From a virus (taxonomy: Duplodnaviria; Heunggongvirae; Uroviricota; Caudoviricetes): DNA of 64,000 bases. A program made the position numbers and the translations under genes. The notes beneath the pieces were generated by a model. The model saw only the letters and a program-made list of their open reading frames with translations. It had not been told where the DNA came from and did not search any database. Where the stretch lies: IMG/VR virus record IMGVR_UViG_3300035515_000158, one strand, 5' to 3'. Positions 10,384 to 19,216 of this stretch are shown here, piece by piece (the first letter of the stretch is position 1; each line of letters begins with the position of its first letter).

Positions 10384-11244
10384 TCAATATTTTTTTTCTT
10401 CATTCATAAAATAGTCGATACGGTTTTTGATAGCCGTTCTGAGTAGAGGTATCTTCTCCAATTTCTGATGTTTAACGATGTCGAGATAAAGTTTGAGAAG
10501 TTCGGGTTCATCACTAATTCTAACAGTGGCACCCATTACACCACCCTTCCAAGAATCCCGATTGACGCCAAGTTCAGTGTCAGATTGGAATTCGAGGTCA
10601 ACATTTATTTTCTTACAATAATTACCAAGACCTATTTTATTGAGGAAGGGCACTGACCATTCCCATTGTTCAATCCACCAACGGATACGGGAAACATCTT
10701 GAACTGTGTCATTCTTCATACGGTAGGTGGTATTCAATCTAACATCAACAAGAGGATAATCATTAATGTCATCTAATTGTCTTTTCTCAACTAACGTCTT
10801 ATTATTAAAGTCGATTATCCAAGAGTTATCATAGTGGGTTGCTTTGAAAGGGTTAGAAAAAGTACGGTTACGCCATCTAAAATCAGTCCACCATTTTTCA
10901 CCATTGATAGAATCCCAACCCCAAGAGTATGAAATAGAAGCATAGTCAAGACCTGTATTCTCATTGAAGTCATTACCCCATTGCCAACACAAGACACAAC
11001 CACCAAAATAGATTAGAATTTTGTGAGCCCATTTACAGTCGGTATAAACTCCATGATGTGTATAATAAATCATAAGACTGGGGTTGTTATAAAATCCAAT
11101 ATAACCTCGATAGTTTTTGAATTCCTTGACCAGTTCACGATCATTATATTTCTTTCTGTAATACTCTGATATTTCCAATCCCAAAAAATGAAGGATATAA
11201 GGAAGTATTAAAATTGCTAAGATAATTAAAACAAATGTTATCAT
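10384..11244 (-). CDS. Trp-rich membrane-anchored protein (286 aa)
   Basis: N-terminal TM helix; unusually many Trp residues. Confidence 0.5.
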   Translation of the reverse strand: MITFVLIILAILILPYILHFLGLEISEYYRKKYNDRELVKEFKNYRGYIGFYNNPSLMIYYTHHGVYTDCKWAHKILIYFGGCVLCWQWGNDFNENTGLDYASISYSWGWDSINGEKWWTDFRWRNRTFSNPFKATHYDNSWIIDFNNKTLVEKRQLDDINDYPLVDVRLNTTYRMKNDTVQDVSRIRWWIEQWEWSVPFLNKIGLGNYCKKINVDLEFQSDTELGVNRDSWKGGVMGATVRISDEPELLKLYLDIVKHQKLEKIPLLRTAIKNRIDYFMNEEKKY

Positions 11245-11246
11245 AA

Positions 11247-11885
11247 TTAAACGTGTATTATTTCGATTTCAGGAGCGTCTTTGAAATGTTCCCATCTAAG
11301 GTTCTGGACAAGTTGTTTTGTTTCAATGTCCTCCTTCAATAACTCAGCTCGTGTTTGGTCATAATGTTGAACTATTTTTCCTACTGAAGATGTGAAACCG
11401 ATTTTATTATCTTGTGTCAGGTAGTAGTAATAATAGTCATCAAATGTATAAGACAATCCCAACAACAATACTTTCTCATCTTTAACTTCAACCACTGAGC
11501 CAAGTATAGGTTTAATCATATCCACCATTACACTTAGTTTAGAGTCAGGATAAGTTAATTTTTGGAAAGCCTCATGTCGTAAATCGTTTTGAAGTTCACG
11601 AATAAAAATCGTCGGGTTAGTTACCATATAAACATCTACAGCATCAGGCCACCAATAATAAGGCCATTTTGTTGTTGATTTCAGTTCATAATTCTTGAAA
11701 TACGAAAAAAACATATTCCAAGATTTAGTGTATTCATTCCACCAAAAATAACTATATGTTGTTCCATCCACTTTAATTAGGAAACGAACATCATGGTTAT
11801 CTTCAGATTGTTCGATTATATTAAAAACGTCAGTCCAAGAAGATAACTTTCCTGAAAAGACCAACTTAAAATTTATATCTTTCAT
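11247..11885 (-). CDS. hypothetical protein (212 aa)
   Basis: Minus-strand ORF. Confidence 0.5.
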   Translation of the reverse strand: MKDINFKLVFSGKLSSWTDVFNIIEQSEDNHDVRFLIKVDGTTYSYFWWNEYTKSWNMFFSYFKNYELKSTTKWPYYWWPDAVDVYMVTNPTIFIRELQNDLRHEAFQKLTYPDSKLSVMVDMIKPILGSVVEVKDEKVLLLGLSYTFDDYYYYYLTQDNKIGFTSSVGKIVQHYDQTRAELLKEDIETKQLVQNLRWEHFKDAPEIEIIHV

Positions 11886-11969
11886 ACTCTAAAAATAACA
11901 AACTCTAACTTAGTAGGTGACTGAGCTAACTTGCCGAATCTGTTACTGGGTTAGAGTTTGTGTAGTTCT

Positions 11970-12263
11970 TTAATATTCTGTCATTTCTTCAACTTCTTTT
12001 GGTTGGTCTTTGTGACATGGACAATCTGGGTCATGTATCAGACCACCTCCTTTTTGATGGGCGAAGTATATATATGAATGACCTTTGTATTTGAATGAAG
12101 TGATTGATGAAACAAACCCATCAAAGGGGACATTATATATTTTGGTTCTATCTACAACTTCATAACCTACTTCTCGTTGATGTTCTACCACAGGTTTGTT
12201 AACATCCTTACACGAGGTTAGGGATATAAAAAGGATTGATATAATAAATAAAATTTTTTTCAT
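11970..12263 (-). CDS. small lipoprotein (97 aa)
   Basis: Signal peptide with lipobox MKKILFIISILFISLTSC. Confidence 0.5.
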   Translation of the reverse strand: MKKILFIISILFISLTSCKDVNKPVVEHQREVGYEVVDRTKIYNVPFDGFVSSITSFKYKGHSYIYFAHQKGGGLIHDPDCPCHKDQPKEVEEMTEY

Positions 12264-12461
12264 GACGATAATATTTCGTAATTAAGGGGAGGCTCGTGCC
12301 ATCTTCGTGGACTTGTTTGGGGGTTTGACAATACTCTAAATATAATCCTATCTCAATAAATTTTCTATAAACAGGGGGAGGTCTTGTCATAGTTGAAAAT
12401 AAAGGACTTCAAAGAAATGCAAGAACTCAGTCCGGATTGTTCTTATATAAAATATTAATAA

Positions 12462-12803
12462 TTAAAGGTCGATGATTTCATTACCATTAATGTAAGCATA
12501 GTCTGCGTTCTTCAAACGGTAGGCATACTTACCATGAACAACACGACGTTCAAGATTGTGGTCAACACCTTTGTACTGGGTGTCATACATCATCATTGAG
12601 ATGATTTTCCAGAGGGGGTGAGAAACTGCTTGACGGGGAGCATTCTTCTTCTCAACCAGTTTGTTGTCAGATGCCCATGCAATGATTTGATTGACGGTCA
12701 TCCAGTTATTACCATTGTGACGGAGTGCTTCTACAACTGCGTCTGAGTAATCTGTTGTGGTCAAAGTACGACCATTTACTTTCACGTTTCCTTTGCGTGC
12801 CAT
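12462..12803 (-). CDS. hypothetical protein (113 aa), paralog of 13792..14124 (shared SHPLWKIIS motif)
   Basis: Clear sequence similarity to the gene on the other side of tRNA cluster 1. Confidence 0.5.
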   Translation of the reverse strand: MARKGNVKVNGRTLTTTDYSDAVVEALRHNGNNWMTVNQIIAWASDNKLVEKKNAPRQAVSHPLWKIISMMMYDTQYKGVDHNLERRVVHGKYAYRLKNADYAYINGNEIIDL

Positions 12804-12843
12804 GATTTTAATGTTTTAGAAATTTTACAATAAATTTAATTTG

Positions 12844-12918
12844 TGACTCCGGTGGGGATCGAACCCACGACCTTCCAGTGTTTAACCAGACGCTCTACCA
12901 GCTGAGACGTACGAAGTC
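12844..12918 (-). tRNA. tRNA or pseudo-tRNA; anticodon loop UUAAACA gives a formal AAA anticodon; D-arm aberrant with 2 extra nt
   Basis: Perfect 7-bp acceptor stem (GACUUCG/CGGAGUC) and T-arm GUGGG-UUCGAUC-CCCAC; anticodon arm identical to the tRNA at 13224..13296. Confidence 0.5.
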
Positions 12919-13018
12919 AATCAATGCTATCTCACGACATGATGATTATTTGTGTGTAAAAATTTAAAACCCATTAAAAATTCTATAAGAATAATTTAAA
13001 AAATTAGTAAAAACTCTG

Positions 13019-13091
13019 TGACTCCGGTGGGGCTCGAACCCACGACCCACTGATTAAGAGTCAGTTGCTCTACCAACTGAGCTACGAAGCC
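13019..13091 (-). tRNA. tRNA-Lys(CUU)
   Basis: Cloverleaf folds by hand; anticodon loop CUCUUAA; T-loop GGUUCGAGC. Confidence 0.75.
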
Positions 13092-13223
13092 TGATCAATC
13101 ATGTCTCACGACATGATGATTTTCTCTCTCACATAATAATTTATTTATAAATCAAAAACATTTTATATGGTCATGTCTCACGACATAAAAAATCAAATAA
13201 TATGACTAACAAAATGTACAATG

Positions 13224-13296
13224 TAACTCCGATGGGACTTGAACCCACGACCTTCCAGTGTTTAACCAGACGCTCTACCAACTGAGCTACGGAGTT
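13224..13296 (-). tRNA. tRNA with anticodon loop UUAAACA (formal AAA anticodon, C37 is atypical)
   Basis: Canonical acceptor, D and T arms; isotype needs confirmation. Confidence 0.6.
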
Positions 13297-13461
13297 TAAT
13301 CAGTCTATCTCACGACATGATGATTATTTAATGTGTAAATTTTAAACAACTTTAAAGAAATTAATTTAAAAACTTATTTGTTATGTTCATGTCTCACGAC
13401 ATAAAAAATAAAAAAACATTTCAACAAAATTCTTAAAAAAGTATTTCAACAAAATTCTTAG

Positions 13462-13546
13462 GAACTCAGGAGGGACTCGAACCCTCGTCGCATGGGTTTC
13501 AATAAAGAAATTCAACATAGCTCGACCAACTGAGACTTACTGAGTT
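13462..13546 (-). tRNA. class-II-like tRNA or pseudo-tRNA (85 nt), anticodon not assignable
   Basis: Perfect acceptor stem AACUCAG/CUGAGUU and T-arm GAGGG-UUCGAGU-CCCUC; the middle part does not fold canonically. Confidence 0.4.
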
Positions 13547-13640
13547 CTCCATGAAGGGACTATTCGCGAAAAAGTCCCAGACCAAAGACGTCTCTTTGGG
13601 GTTCTTCAATCTTAGAGCTCAGTCAGATTGAAGGAAAAAA
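13547..13640 (-). other. three consecutive perfect hairpins upstream of the tRNA cluster; candidate structured RNA or processing signals
   Basis: gggac-N13-gtccc, ccaaaga-cgtc-tctttgg and ttcaatct-N12-agattgaa hairpins. Confidence 0.3.
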
Positions 13641-13791
13641 TCTTCCAAAAGGTGATCTAATGTGTATCATAACCTTTTAATTTTTTTGTATTAACAAGAA
13701 CCTAAGATAATTACACTTCATTTATAAATTCTTGATATGAATTGCGGTGAGGTTCTTTACAATTTATATATAACAAATTCTCTAAAAAACT

Positions 13792-14124
13792 CTATTTTTG
13801 ACGACGTACCCAACGACGACCATTTTTGTCAATATAGACATTGGATACTTTCAACTTGTAGATGAAAACATTGTTGATGTTTGACATTCGAGTGATGACC
13901 GGATTTTTTTCCTCCATCATGTTTGAGATGATTTTCCAGAGGGGGTGAGACATTGCCTTTCGGTATGCGTTCTTACGTTCACATAAGTTGTGGTGAGATG
14001 CCCACTCGACCATTTCGTCACAAGTCATCCATTTGTTATTGTTTTCTTCGAGGGTAGTAATGACTGCTTGTTTATATTTTTCTTGTGTCATTACCTGACC
14101 ATTTACGATTACTGAACCTTTCAT
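13792..14124 (-). CDS. hypothetical protein (110 aa), paralog of 12462..12803
   Basis: Shared SHPLWKIIS motif and overall similarity. Confidence 0.5.
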   Translation of the reverse strand: MKGSVIVNGQVMTQEKYKQAVITTLEENNNKWMTCDEMVEWASHHNLCERKNAYRKAMSHPLWKIISNMMEEKNPVITRMSNINNVFIYKLKVSNVYIDKNGRRWVRRQK

Positions 14125-14162
14125 TGTTTCTTGTTTTAGAGAGTTAAACTTTGTTTTTGTTT

Positions 14163-14235
14163 TACATTACAAAGATACTTGATTTTTTCGACCTGACCAA
14201 ATTTTAAGTGTTAAAAATTTGTTAAATCTTTTTTC
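14163..14235 (-). promoter_or_regulatory. class-1 promoter element, copy 1 of a tandem triplet
   Basis: -7 TATCTTTG at 14170-14177; -33 TTTG at 14198-14201. Confidence 0.65.
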
Positions 14236-14263
14236 AATCATCTTGTGTAATGTTGTTTTTAAT

Positions 14264-14335
14264 TACACTACAAAGATACTTGATTTTTTTGACTTGACCA
14301 AATTTTAAGAGCTAAAAATTTGTTAAATCTTTTTT
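14264..14335 (-). promoter_or_regulatory. class-1 promoter element, copy 2 of a tandem triplet
   Basis: -7 at 14271-14278; -33 at 14299-14302. Confidence 0.65.
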
Positions 14336-14364
14336 CAATCATCTTTTCAATGTTCTTTTTGTTT

Positions 14365-14430
14365 TACACTACAAAGTTACAGGTTTTTTCTAACATCTCC
14401 AAATTTCAAGTGCTAAAAATTTGTTAAAAA
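14365..14430 (-). promoter_or_regulatory. class-1 promoter element, copy 3 of a tandem triplet
   Basis: -7 at 14372-14379; -33 at 14400-14403. Confidence 0.65.
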
Positions 14431-15114
14431 TCAAATGAAGTCCAAAAGGGTTACATTTGAGGTGGGTTCAATAGTTTCGTTTTTTCGTTTCGCATAGAAC
14501 CAAGGGACAAGTTTCTCATACCATCGAGAATCTGGTTGGTTTGTTGCTGAGATAATAGACATATCTGTGAAATCAGGTGAACCAACATATACCTTCTCAT
14601 TATCGAACTTACGTCTACAACCAATCAAGTAAACATTATTTCTAAAATATCTACTTGTGAAATCCTTACATAGTTTAATGAATTCCACTTCTTGTACTAA
14701 TGACGCCTTTTTGGTATCGAGGGTGAGAATGATATAGTAATCAGTATCTTTATCACCAAAGTTGTCTATCTTATTAATAGTGTGTAGTGTGAATACTCTG
14801 GGATTATAACTTTTACTTTCATATATCCCATCACAGACAACAACATTACCATAATCATCAAATCGGACATTAATATCAAGAACTCTAATACCTTCTTTGA
14901 GTTGTTGTTCTAAGTCCTTACTTTGGTGTTTATACATTGGAGTAAGAAACCACATCCACCATTTCTTAGGTGTGATATAACTTAATGATTTATGACTTCC
15001 TAATATCATGTTGTTTTCTAAATTAATTACATGATAAAGATAACAAAGTAAATAGTGATTCCACCTTAATTTACTGTTAAAATATAAAAAAATTTGATCA
15101 ACATCCGTATTCAT
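14431..15114 (-). CDS. hypothetical protein (227 aa)
   Basis: Minus-strand ORF preceded by a motif-2 variant. Confidence 0.5.
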   Translation of the reverse strand: MNTDVDQIFLYFNSKLRWNHYLLCYLYHVINLENNMILGSHKSLSYITPKKWWMWFLTPMYKHQSKDLEQQLKEGIRVLDINVRFDDYGNVVVCDGIYESKSYNPRVFTLHTINKIDNFGDKDTDYYIILTLDTKKASLVQEVEFIKLCKDFTSRYFRNNVYLIGCRRKFDNEKVYVGSPDFTDMSIISATNQPDSRWYEKLVPWFYAKRKNETIEPTSNVTLLDFI

Positions 15115-15223
15115 AGAGTATATTTATATGATATAACAAACGGTCTACTGGTGGTGAAATAAAAAACCGAATAGATTTTACTTCTATTCGGTTGATTGAT
15201 AAATATTTAGATTTAGTTAATTA

Positions 15224-17131
15224 CTATATTTTCAAACCCATAAGATATACATCTAACACATGAGAAAGACCATTTGGTGCATATGTTTTAACTATTTCTG
15301 TTCTACTGGTCATCTTTAGTTTTTCTATCATTTCAGTATTTGGATTTGGGTCTATATATATGATAGGTGTAGTCGATGGAACATAAGTCATTAAATTGGC
15401 TGCGGGGAAAGTTTCTAATGAAGTTCCCACCATTACGAATATGTCACAAGACCTAACCAATTCGATAGCTTCTGTCATTCTATTTACAGTTTCATGATAT
15501 AGAGTAATCCAAGGTCTCATCTTTGCATTACCATTTGATGTCTGTTTGACTTTTGGGAAATAAGTCCAAACCTTAGCATCTGTTGGTAATCCACAATCTT
15601 TATGACTTTCTGTTGTGTCTATTGTTACAACTCCGGATTGTACATACTTACCATTTACTTTTTTATATTTTGAAACTCCTGCCAATGTTGCTGTTGTTGT
15701 ATCATCATCTTCGGAAACACTTTTTGTCCAATATGATAAGTCAGCATGATAGTTTGTATTATCAACATCATCTTCATTACACATAATCATTAAATTACCA
15801 TGAAGATGTATAAGGTGTTCATCTATGAATTCTTTCGCTGTCATAGATTTTCCAATATTGGTAAATTTCATATATTTATAAAAACCACTATCACTAATTC
15901 CCTCTATCGGGGGTTCATATGACGTGTTATAATATCTAAAAAAATATTCACATAATGCTTTGTCATGTAGGTCATCAATATTCTGAGTAATGATTTTCAC
16001 ATCAAAGGTATCATGTTTATTTGTTCCTTCACCAATAGTATCATGGATGAATTTATTTATAATTTGATAACCAAGATGCATGGTGTTCCTATTGATATAA
16101 CTGGCTCTCAATTCATTAAAAAATCTATTCAAGAAAACAGAGTCAGAATCCCATCCGGATTTTGTCATTATCATATCAATAGGGTTCTCATACCACAAAT
16201 TACCTTCTTCCTCACTCTTATATGTATAGATACCATTTTCCGCACTCATACCCGCACCTGTAAAGAAAACAATTCTAACAGGGACTTCACTTGTTTTAAT
16301 AAGGTCATCTTCAGGCCAACCATATTTTTCCAATACTTCTTCGGCTTTAAGAATTAGATAGTTAGCACTTGAATCTGTTCTTGACCATTGTTTATACATT
16401 TTCTTTTTTACTCTATCTCTCGCATCCAGATTTGTCTCATCCTCTGTATGTGTCCAAGTCCCACTATCCCAAGGTTGTTTATATATTCTGGGGAATGTGT
16501 GTGTTGTAAATTGTTTATATTCTTGAAGTGTTTTACCGATACAAGTGTTATAGAATATTCTTCTTTGTGACTTATCCATATTATTTTTCATCGCAACATA
16601 AGCCCAGTGAACATGGGGGTATCTGGCATCCATTACGGGATAATATGTGTATGATGAAAAATTTTCGGTGCCGGAATGGTCTATTAATGTGAATAATAAT
16701 GACTGTATACTGGTGGTTAGAGACTTCAATTTTCCCTGTATTTCATTTGTTGTTAAATATTGTGGAATATTTTGCGTGGTACTATCATAACTACTGTAAA
16801 TGATACCCCCCCAATAATATAAATCTTCAATTTGTGATACAGTAAGATATGTATTTTGAGTTAAAGATATATTTTTCGCACCATCTGAGTTGATTTTTAC
16901 ATCTTCATTACCATCATACCACCCATCAGTCTCAATTATTCTATTGTTATATACGGGTCTATATACTTGTCGAGTTGTACCATTATCTGAAGTAACAGTA
17001 ACAATTCTACTACCTTTTGGTACATAATAGTTGCCCATCTTATAACAAATTCTATATAGTTGTTTATATAGTTTTTGTATTTGACAGGCGGTTTTATAAT
17101 CTTCTATAAATTTGTTTTGAAGAAAAGCCAT
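15224..17131 (-). CDS. SIR2 (sirtuin)-domain protein fused to an unknown ~285-aa N-terminal domain (635 aa)
   Basis: Sirtuin signatures in order: FFTGAGMSAENGI (GAGxS), IITQNIDDLHDKA (TQNID-LH), HLHGNL, VMVGTSLETFPAANL (GTS-x-P). Confidence 0.75.
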   Translation of the reverse strand: MAFLQNKFIEDYKTACQIQKLYKQLYRICYKMGNYYVPKGSRIVTVTSDNGTTRQVYRPVYNNRIIETDGWYDGNEDVKINSDGAKNISLTQNTYLTVSQIEDLYYWGGIIYSSYDSTTQNIPQYLTTNEIQGKLKSLTTSIQSLLFTLIDHSGTENFSSYTYYPVMDARYPHVHWAYVAMKNNMDKSQRRIFYNTCIGKTLQEYKQFTTHTFPRIYKQPWDSGTWTHTEDETNLDARDRVKKKMYKQWSRTDSSANYLILKAEEVLEKYGWPEDDLIKTSEVPVRIVFFTGAGMSAENGIYTYKSEEEGNLWYENPIDMIMTKSGWDSDSVFLNRFFNELRASYINRNTMHLGYQIINKFIHDTIGEGTNKHDTFDVKIITQNIDDLHDKALCEYFFRYYNTSYEPPIEGISDSGFYKYMKFTNIGKSMTAKEFIDEHLIHLHGNLMIMCNEDDVDNTNYHADLSYWTKSVSEDDDTTTATLAGVSKYKKVNGKYVQSGVVTIDTTESHKDCGLPTDAKVWTYFPKVKQTSNGNAKMRPWITLYHETVNRMTEAIELVRSCDIFVMVGTSLETFPAANLMTYVPSTTPIIYIDPNPNTEMIEKLKMTSRTEIVKTYAPNGLSHVLDVYLMGLKI

Positions 17132-17146
17132 GATATTTTACAACGA

Positions 17147-17506
17147 TCAATTTACAGTATTTATGGTCGTTTTCCATATCTCTAAGTATTCTTCGGCTTT
17201 GTTTGTCCACTCATGGGGGATTAAGATTGCTCGTGCGAAAACTTTCTTTGTCCAACCTTGTATATGTCCATGATTATTTCCTATTTGAAGTCCTTTTTCT
17301 TTATCAACAGCATATACCAAGTGAGTATAGTAGTTTCCATGAATTTTAATGTAAGCGATGTCACCTTTCTTAAATTGATTCCAGTCGGTTTCGGGAACTA
17401 ATATTACTGGTTCTCTGGATTTCAAAATTGGTGTCATCGAATTTCCCGGTTCTCTGGAGATTATAGTTTCACCTTTCTTCAACCTTTCTACTTTGTAATT
17501 TCTCAT
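17147..17506 (-). CDS. S24/S26-type peptidase-like protein (119 aa)
   Basis: GNSMTP motif resembling the GDSM-x-P motif of LexA and signal peptidases. Confidence 0.4.
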   Translation of the reverse strand: MRNYKVERLKKGETIISREPGNSMTPILKSREPVILVPETDWNQFKKGDIAYIKIHGNYYTHLVYAVDKEKGLQIGNNHGHIQGWTKKVFARAILIPHEWTNKAEEYLEIWKTTINTVN

Positions 17507-17651
17507 ATTTACTTATTTATTTTGATTTTAAGACACTTTAACAGTCCGGATGGTAACTTCTTCATCTCAGTCAGTAAAGTCCGTCAGAACTCGTTATTTT
17601 AAGCCGTACAGATATAACAAGAGCCAAGTAATAGAACTCGGCTCATTATAA

Positions 17652-17903
17652 TCACATTCGACGTGAAAGTCGTCTTTTCATTTTTCTTTTTTGTTGTCCA
17701 CTCATGAAACATCCATGCTTGAGGAAGTATTCATAGTCATATACATCAATCATCGCATCTAAATCAGAACGGTCGTCACCTTGTTCTTCTTGAGTATATG
17801 TACCGATATTTTTAGGTTGGGTGTCTTGTGTCATCATGTTGTCAAAAAATTCTTGATTTCTTTCGACAACATCTGCTAAATCTGTAAAATTTTCTTTTCT
17901 CAT
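17652..17903 (-). CDS. hypothetical protein (83 aa)
   Basis: Minus-strand ORF. Confidence 0.4.
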   Translation of the reverse strand: MRKENFTDLADVVERNQEFFDNMMTQDTQPKNIGTYTQEEQGDDRSDLDAMIDVYDYEYFLKHGCFMSGQQKRKMKRRLSRRM

Positions 17904-17907
17904 CTCT

Positions 17908-18201
17908 TTAATATAAATCTTCTGAAAATAGTAATCTTGTTTCTGATGGTTTCTCAGTCACCTGTCCTGCGTTGTAAGCAATAATGTACGCCTCTTTTCT
18001 TCCAACAAATCTACCATGTGATGTGAAAAAACCTTGATCACTTGGTCTTTTAGAAACTTCACCGATATATCTTTGAAAAATATCATGGTGACGTAAGCCC
18101 AACTCGATGTCACAAATATCATTATTGTTGTGGTAGGGTTTACAATTTCTGGGTGACAGTCTTCGTATCGCAGAACAAACTATGTATTCTTCTTTTTTCA
18201 T
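17908..18201 (-). CDS. hypothetical protein (97 aa)
   Basis: Minus-strand ORF. Confidence 0.4.
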   Translation of the reverse strand: MKKEEYIVCSAIRRLSPRNCKPYHNNNDICDIELGLRHHDIFQRYIGEVSKRPSDQGFFTSHGRFVGRKEAYIIAYNAGQVTEKPSETRLLFSEDLY

Positions 18202-18222
18202 TTACTATAAAGATAACAAAAA

Positions 18223-18681
18223 TTAAAGATTGGAATAATCAATAAAGATAGTTTCCATATCATCTTTGTAATCAGAGTTCACTTGTTCCACATTATCATA
18301 TCCGGGATTCCACGAATTGTTTTCGTATAGATTTTTTAAGTCCTCTGATGTGATATTGGGGATTTCATAACTACCAACACCATAGTGACGATATGTATCA
18401 GTGAAGTCACCACCAATGATAAGTTTTCTGTTTTTATAGTCAACAGTGATACCAATATGTGCGATTAAATCTTTCTGGGCTAACTTAAACATATCTAAGT
18501 GACGGTATTTAGGTTGGACAAATAGAGTAACCGTATAAGGTACCTTCGCTCTTTCCAAAATAGAGGATAGTACATAAGCAACCCAAACACAACCTCCATC
18601 AAAAATTGTATATTCTTTGTCATATAGTTGGGTTGTGTCATCCAGTTCTTTTACAAATTTATCTTGAACATCTAATGTCAT
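18223..18681 (-). CDS. Cys/His-motif protein (152 aa), paralog of 23116..23562
   Basis: Shared GGC...H-x-GI-x-V...IGG pattern suggests a Cys-His hydrolase fold. Confidence 0.5.
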   Translation of the reverse strand: MTLDVQDKFVKELDDTTQLYDKEYTIFDGGCVWVAYVLSSILERAKVPYTVTLFVQPKYRHLDMFKLAQKDLIAHIGITVDYKNRKLIIGGDFTDTYRHYGVGSYEIPNITSEDLKNLYENNSWNPGYDNVEQVNSDYKDDMETIFIDYSNL

Positions 18682-18713
18682 GATTGAATAGGTTTTATTT
18701 TATTTATGGTGGT

Positions 18714-18750
18714 ATGAACAAAAAAAGAGATGTCAATTTTTGTTGACATC
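18714..18750 (-). terminator. intrinsic terminator downstream of the RlpA-like gene
   Basis: 10-bp hairpin gagatgtcaa/ttgacatctc followed by a T8 run on the minus strand. Confidence 0.6.
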
Positions 18751-18776
18751 TCGTTCTATTATAAAAAATAGAAACT

Positions 18777-19157
18777 TCATCTTTTCTTATCACCAAGTGA
18801 AATAACCTCGATGACTACATCAACTACACCAGCTTTTAACATATCAAGTTCGCGGGCGGCTGACCAAGACAAATCGACAATACGACCTTTTACAAATGGT
18901 CCCCTGTCATTTACTTTCACCACTACAGATTTTCCATTCTTCTTGTTGGTCACTTTAAGGAGTGTACCAAATGGAAACACCTTGTGAGCACAGGTTAGTT
19001 TCTCAGGGTGAAGTCTTTCTCCACTACTTGTAATATTCCTACAAGTTTGGGAATAGTAAGTTGCTTTTCCGTGTTCGACCTGAGTGGGTGTGGTCTCTGC
19101 CATTCCCGACATCAGGGTGCAAACCAACAACATACATATCATCATAAATTTCTTCAT
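18777..19157 (-). CDS. RlpA-like lytic transglycosylase (double-psi beta-barrel domain) with signal peptide (126 aa)
   Basis: KATYYSQ ... TSSGERL ... AHKVFPFGTLLKVTN-x-KNGKSVVVKVNDRGPF ... RIVDLSWSAA matches the RlpA DPBB consensus. Confidence 0.75.
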   Translation of the reverse strand: MKKFMMICMLLVCTLMSGMAETTPTQVEHGKATYYSQTCRNITSSGERLHPEKLTCAHKVFPFGTLLKVTNKKNGKSVVVKVNDRGPFVKGRIVDLSWSAARELDMLKAGVVDVVIEVISLGDKKR

Positions 19158-19216
19158 AACAATAACGTTTATTTTGTATATGTAGTGTTGGGATTGTTTC
19201 TCCCAACGGCTTTTTC

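Larger units (their letters stand above)
12919..13410 (-). repeat. five copies of the hairpin-forming repeat CATGTCTCACGACATG(ATGATT), one 5' of each tRNA in cluster 1, with extended duplicated flanks
   Basis: Copies near 12925, 13098, 13172, 13305 and 13388. Confidence 0.6.

Noticed and set aside
12208-12390. 60-aa ORF 12208..12390
   Set aside because: Its 3' end overlaps the start of the better-supported lipoprotein gene 11970..12263 in another frame and it has no motif support. It is probably spurious.
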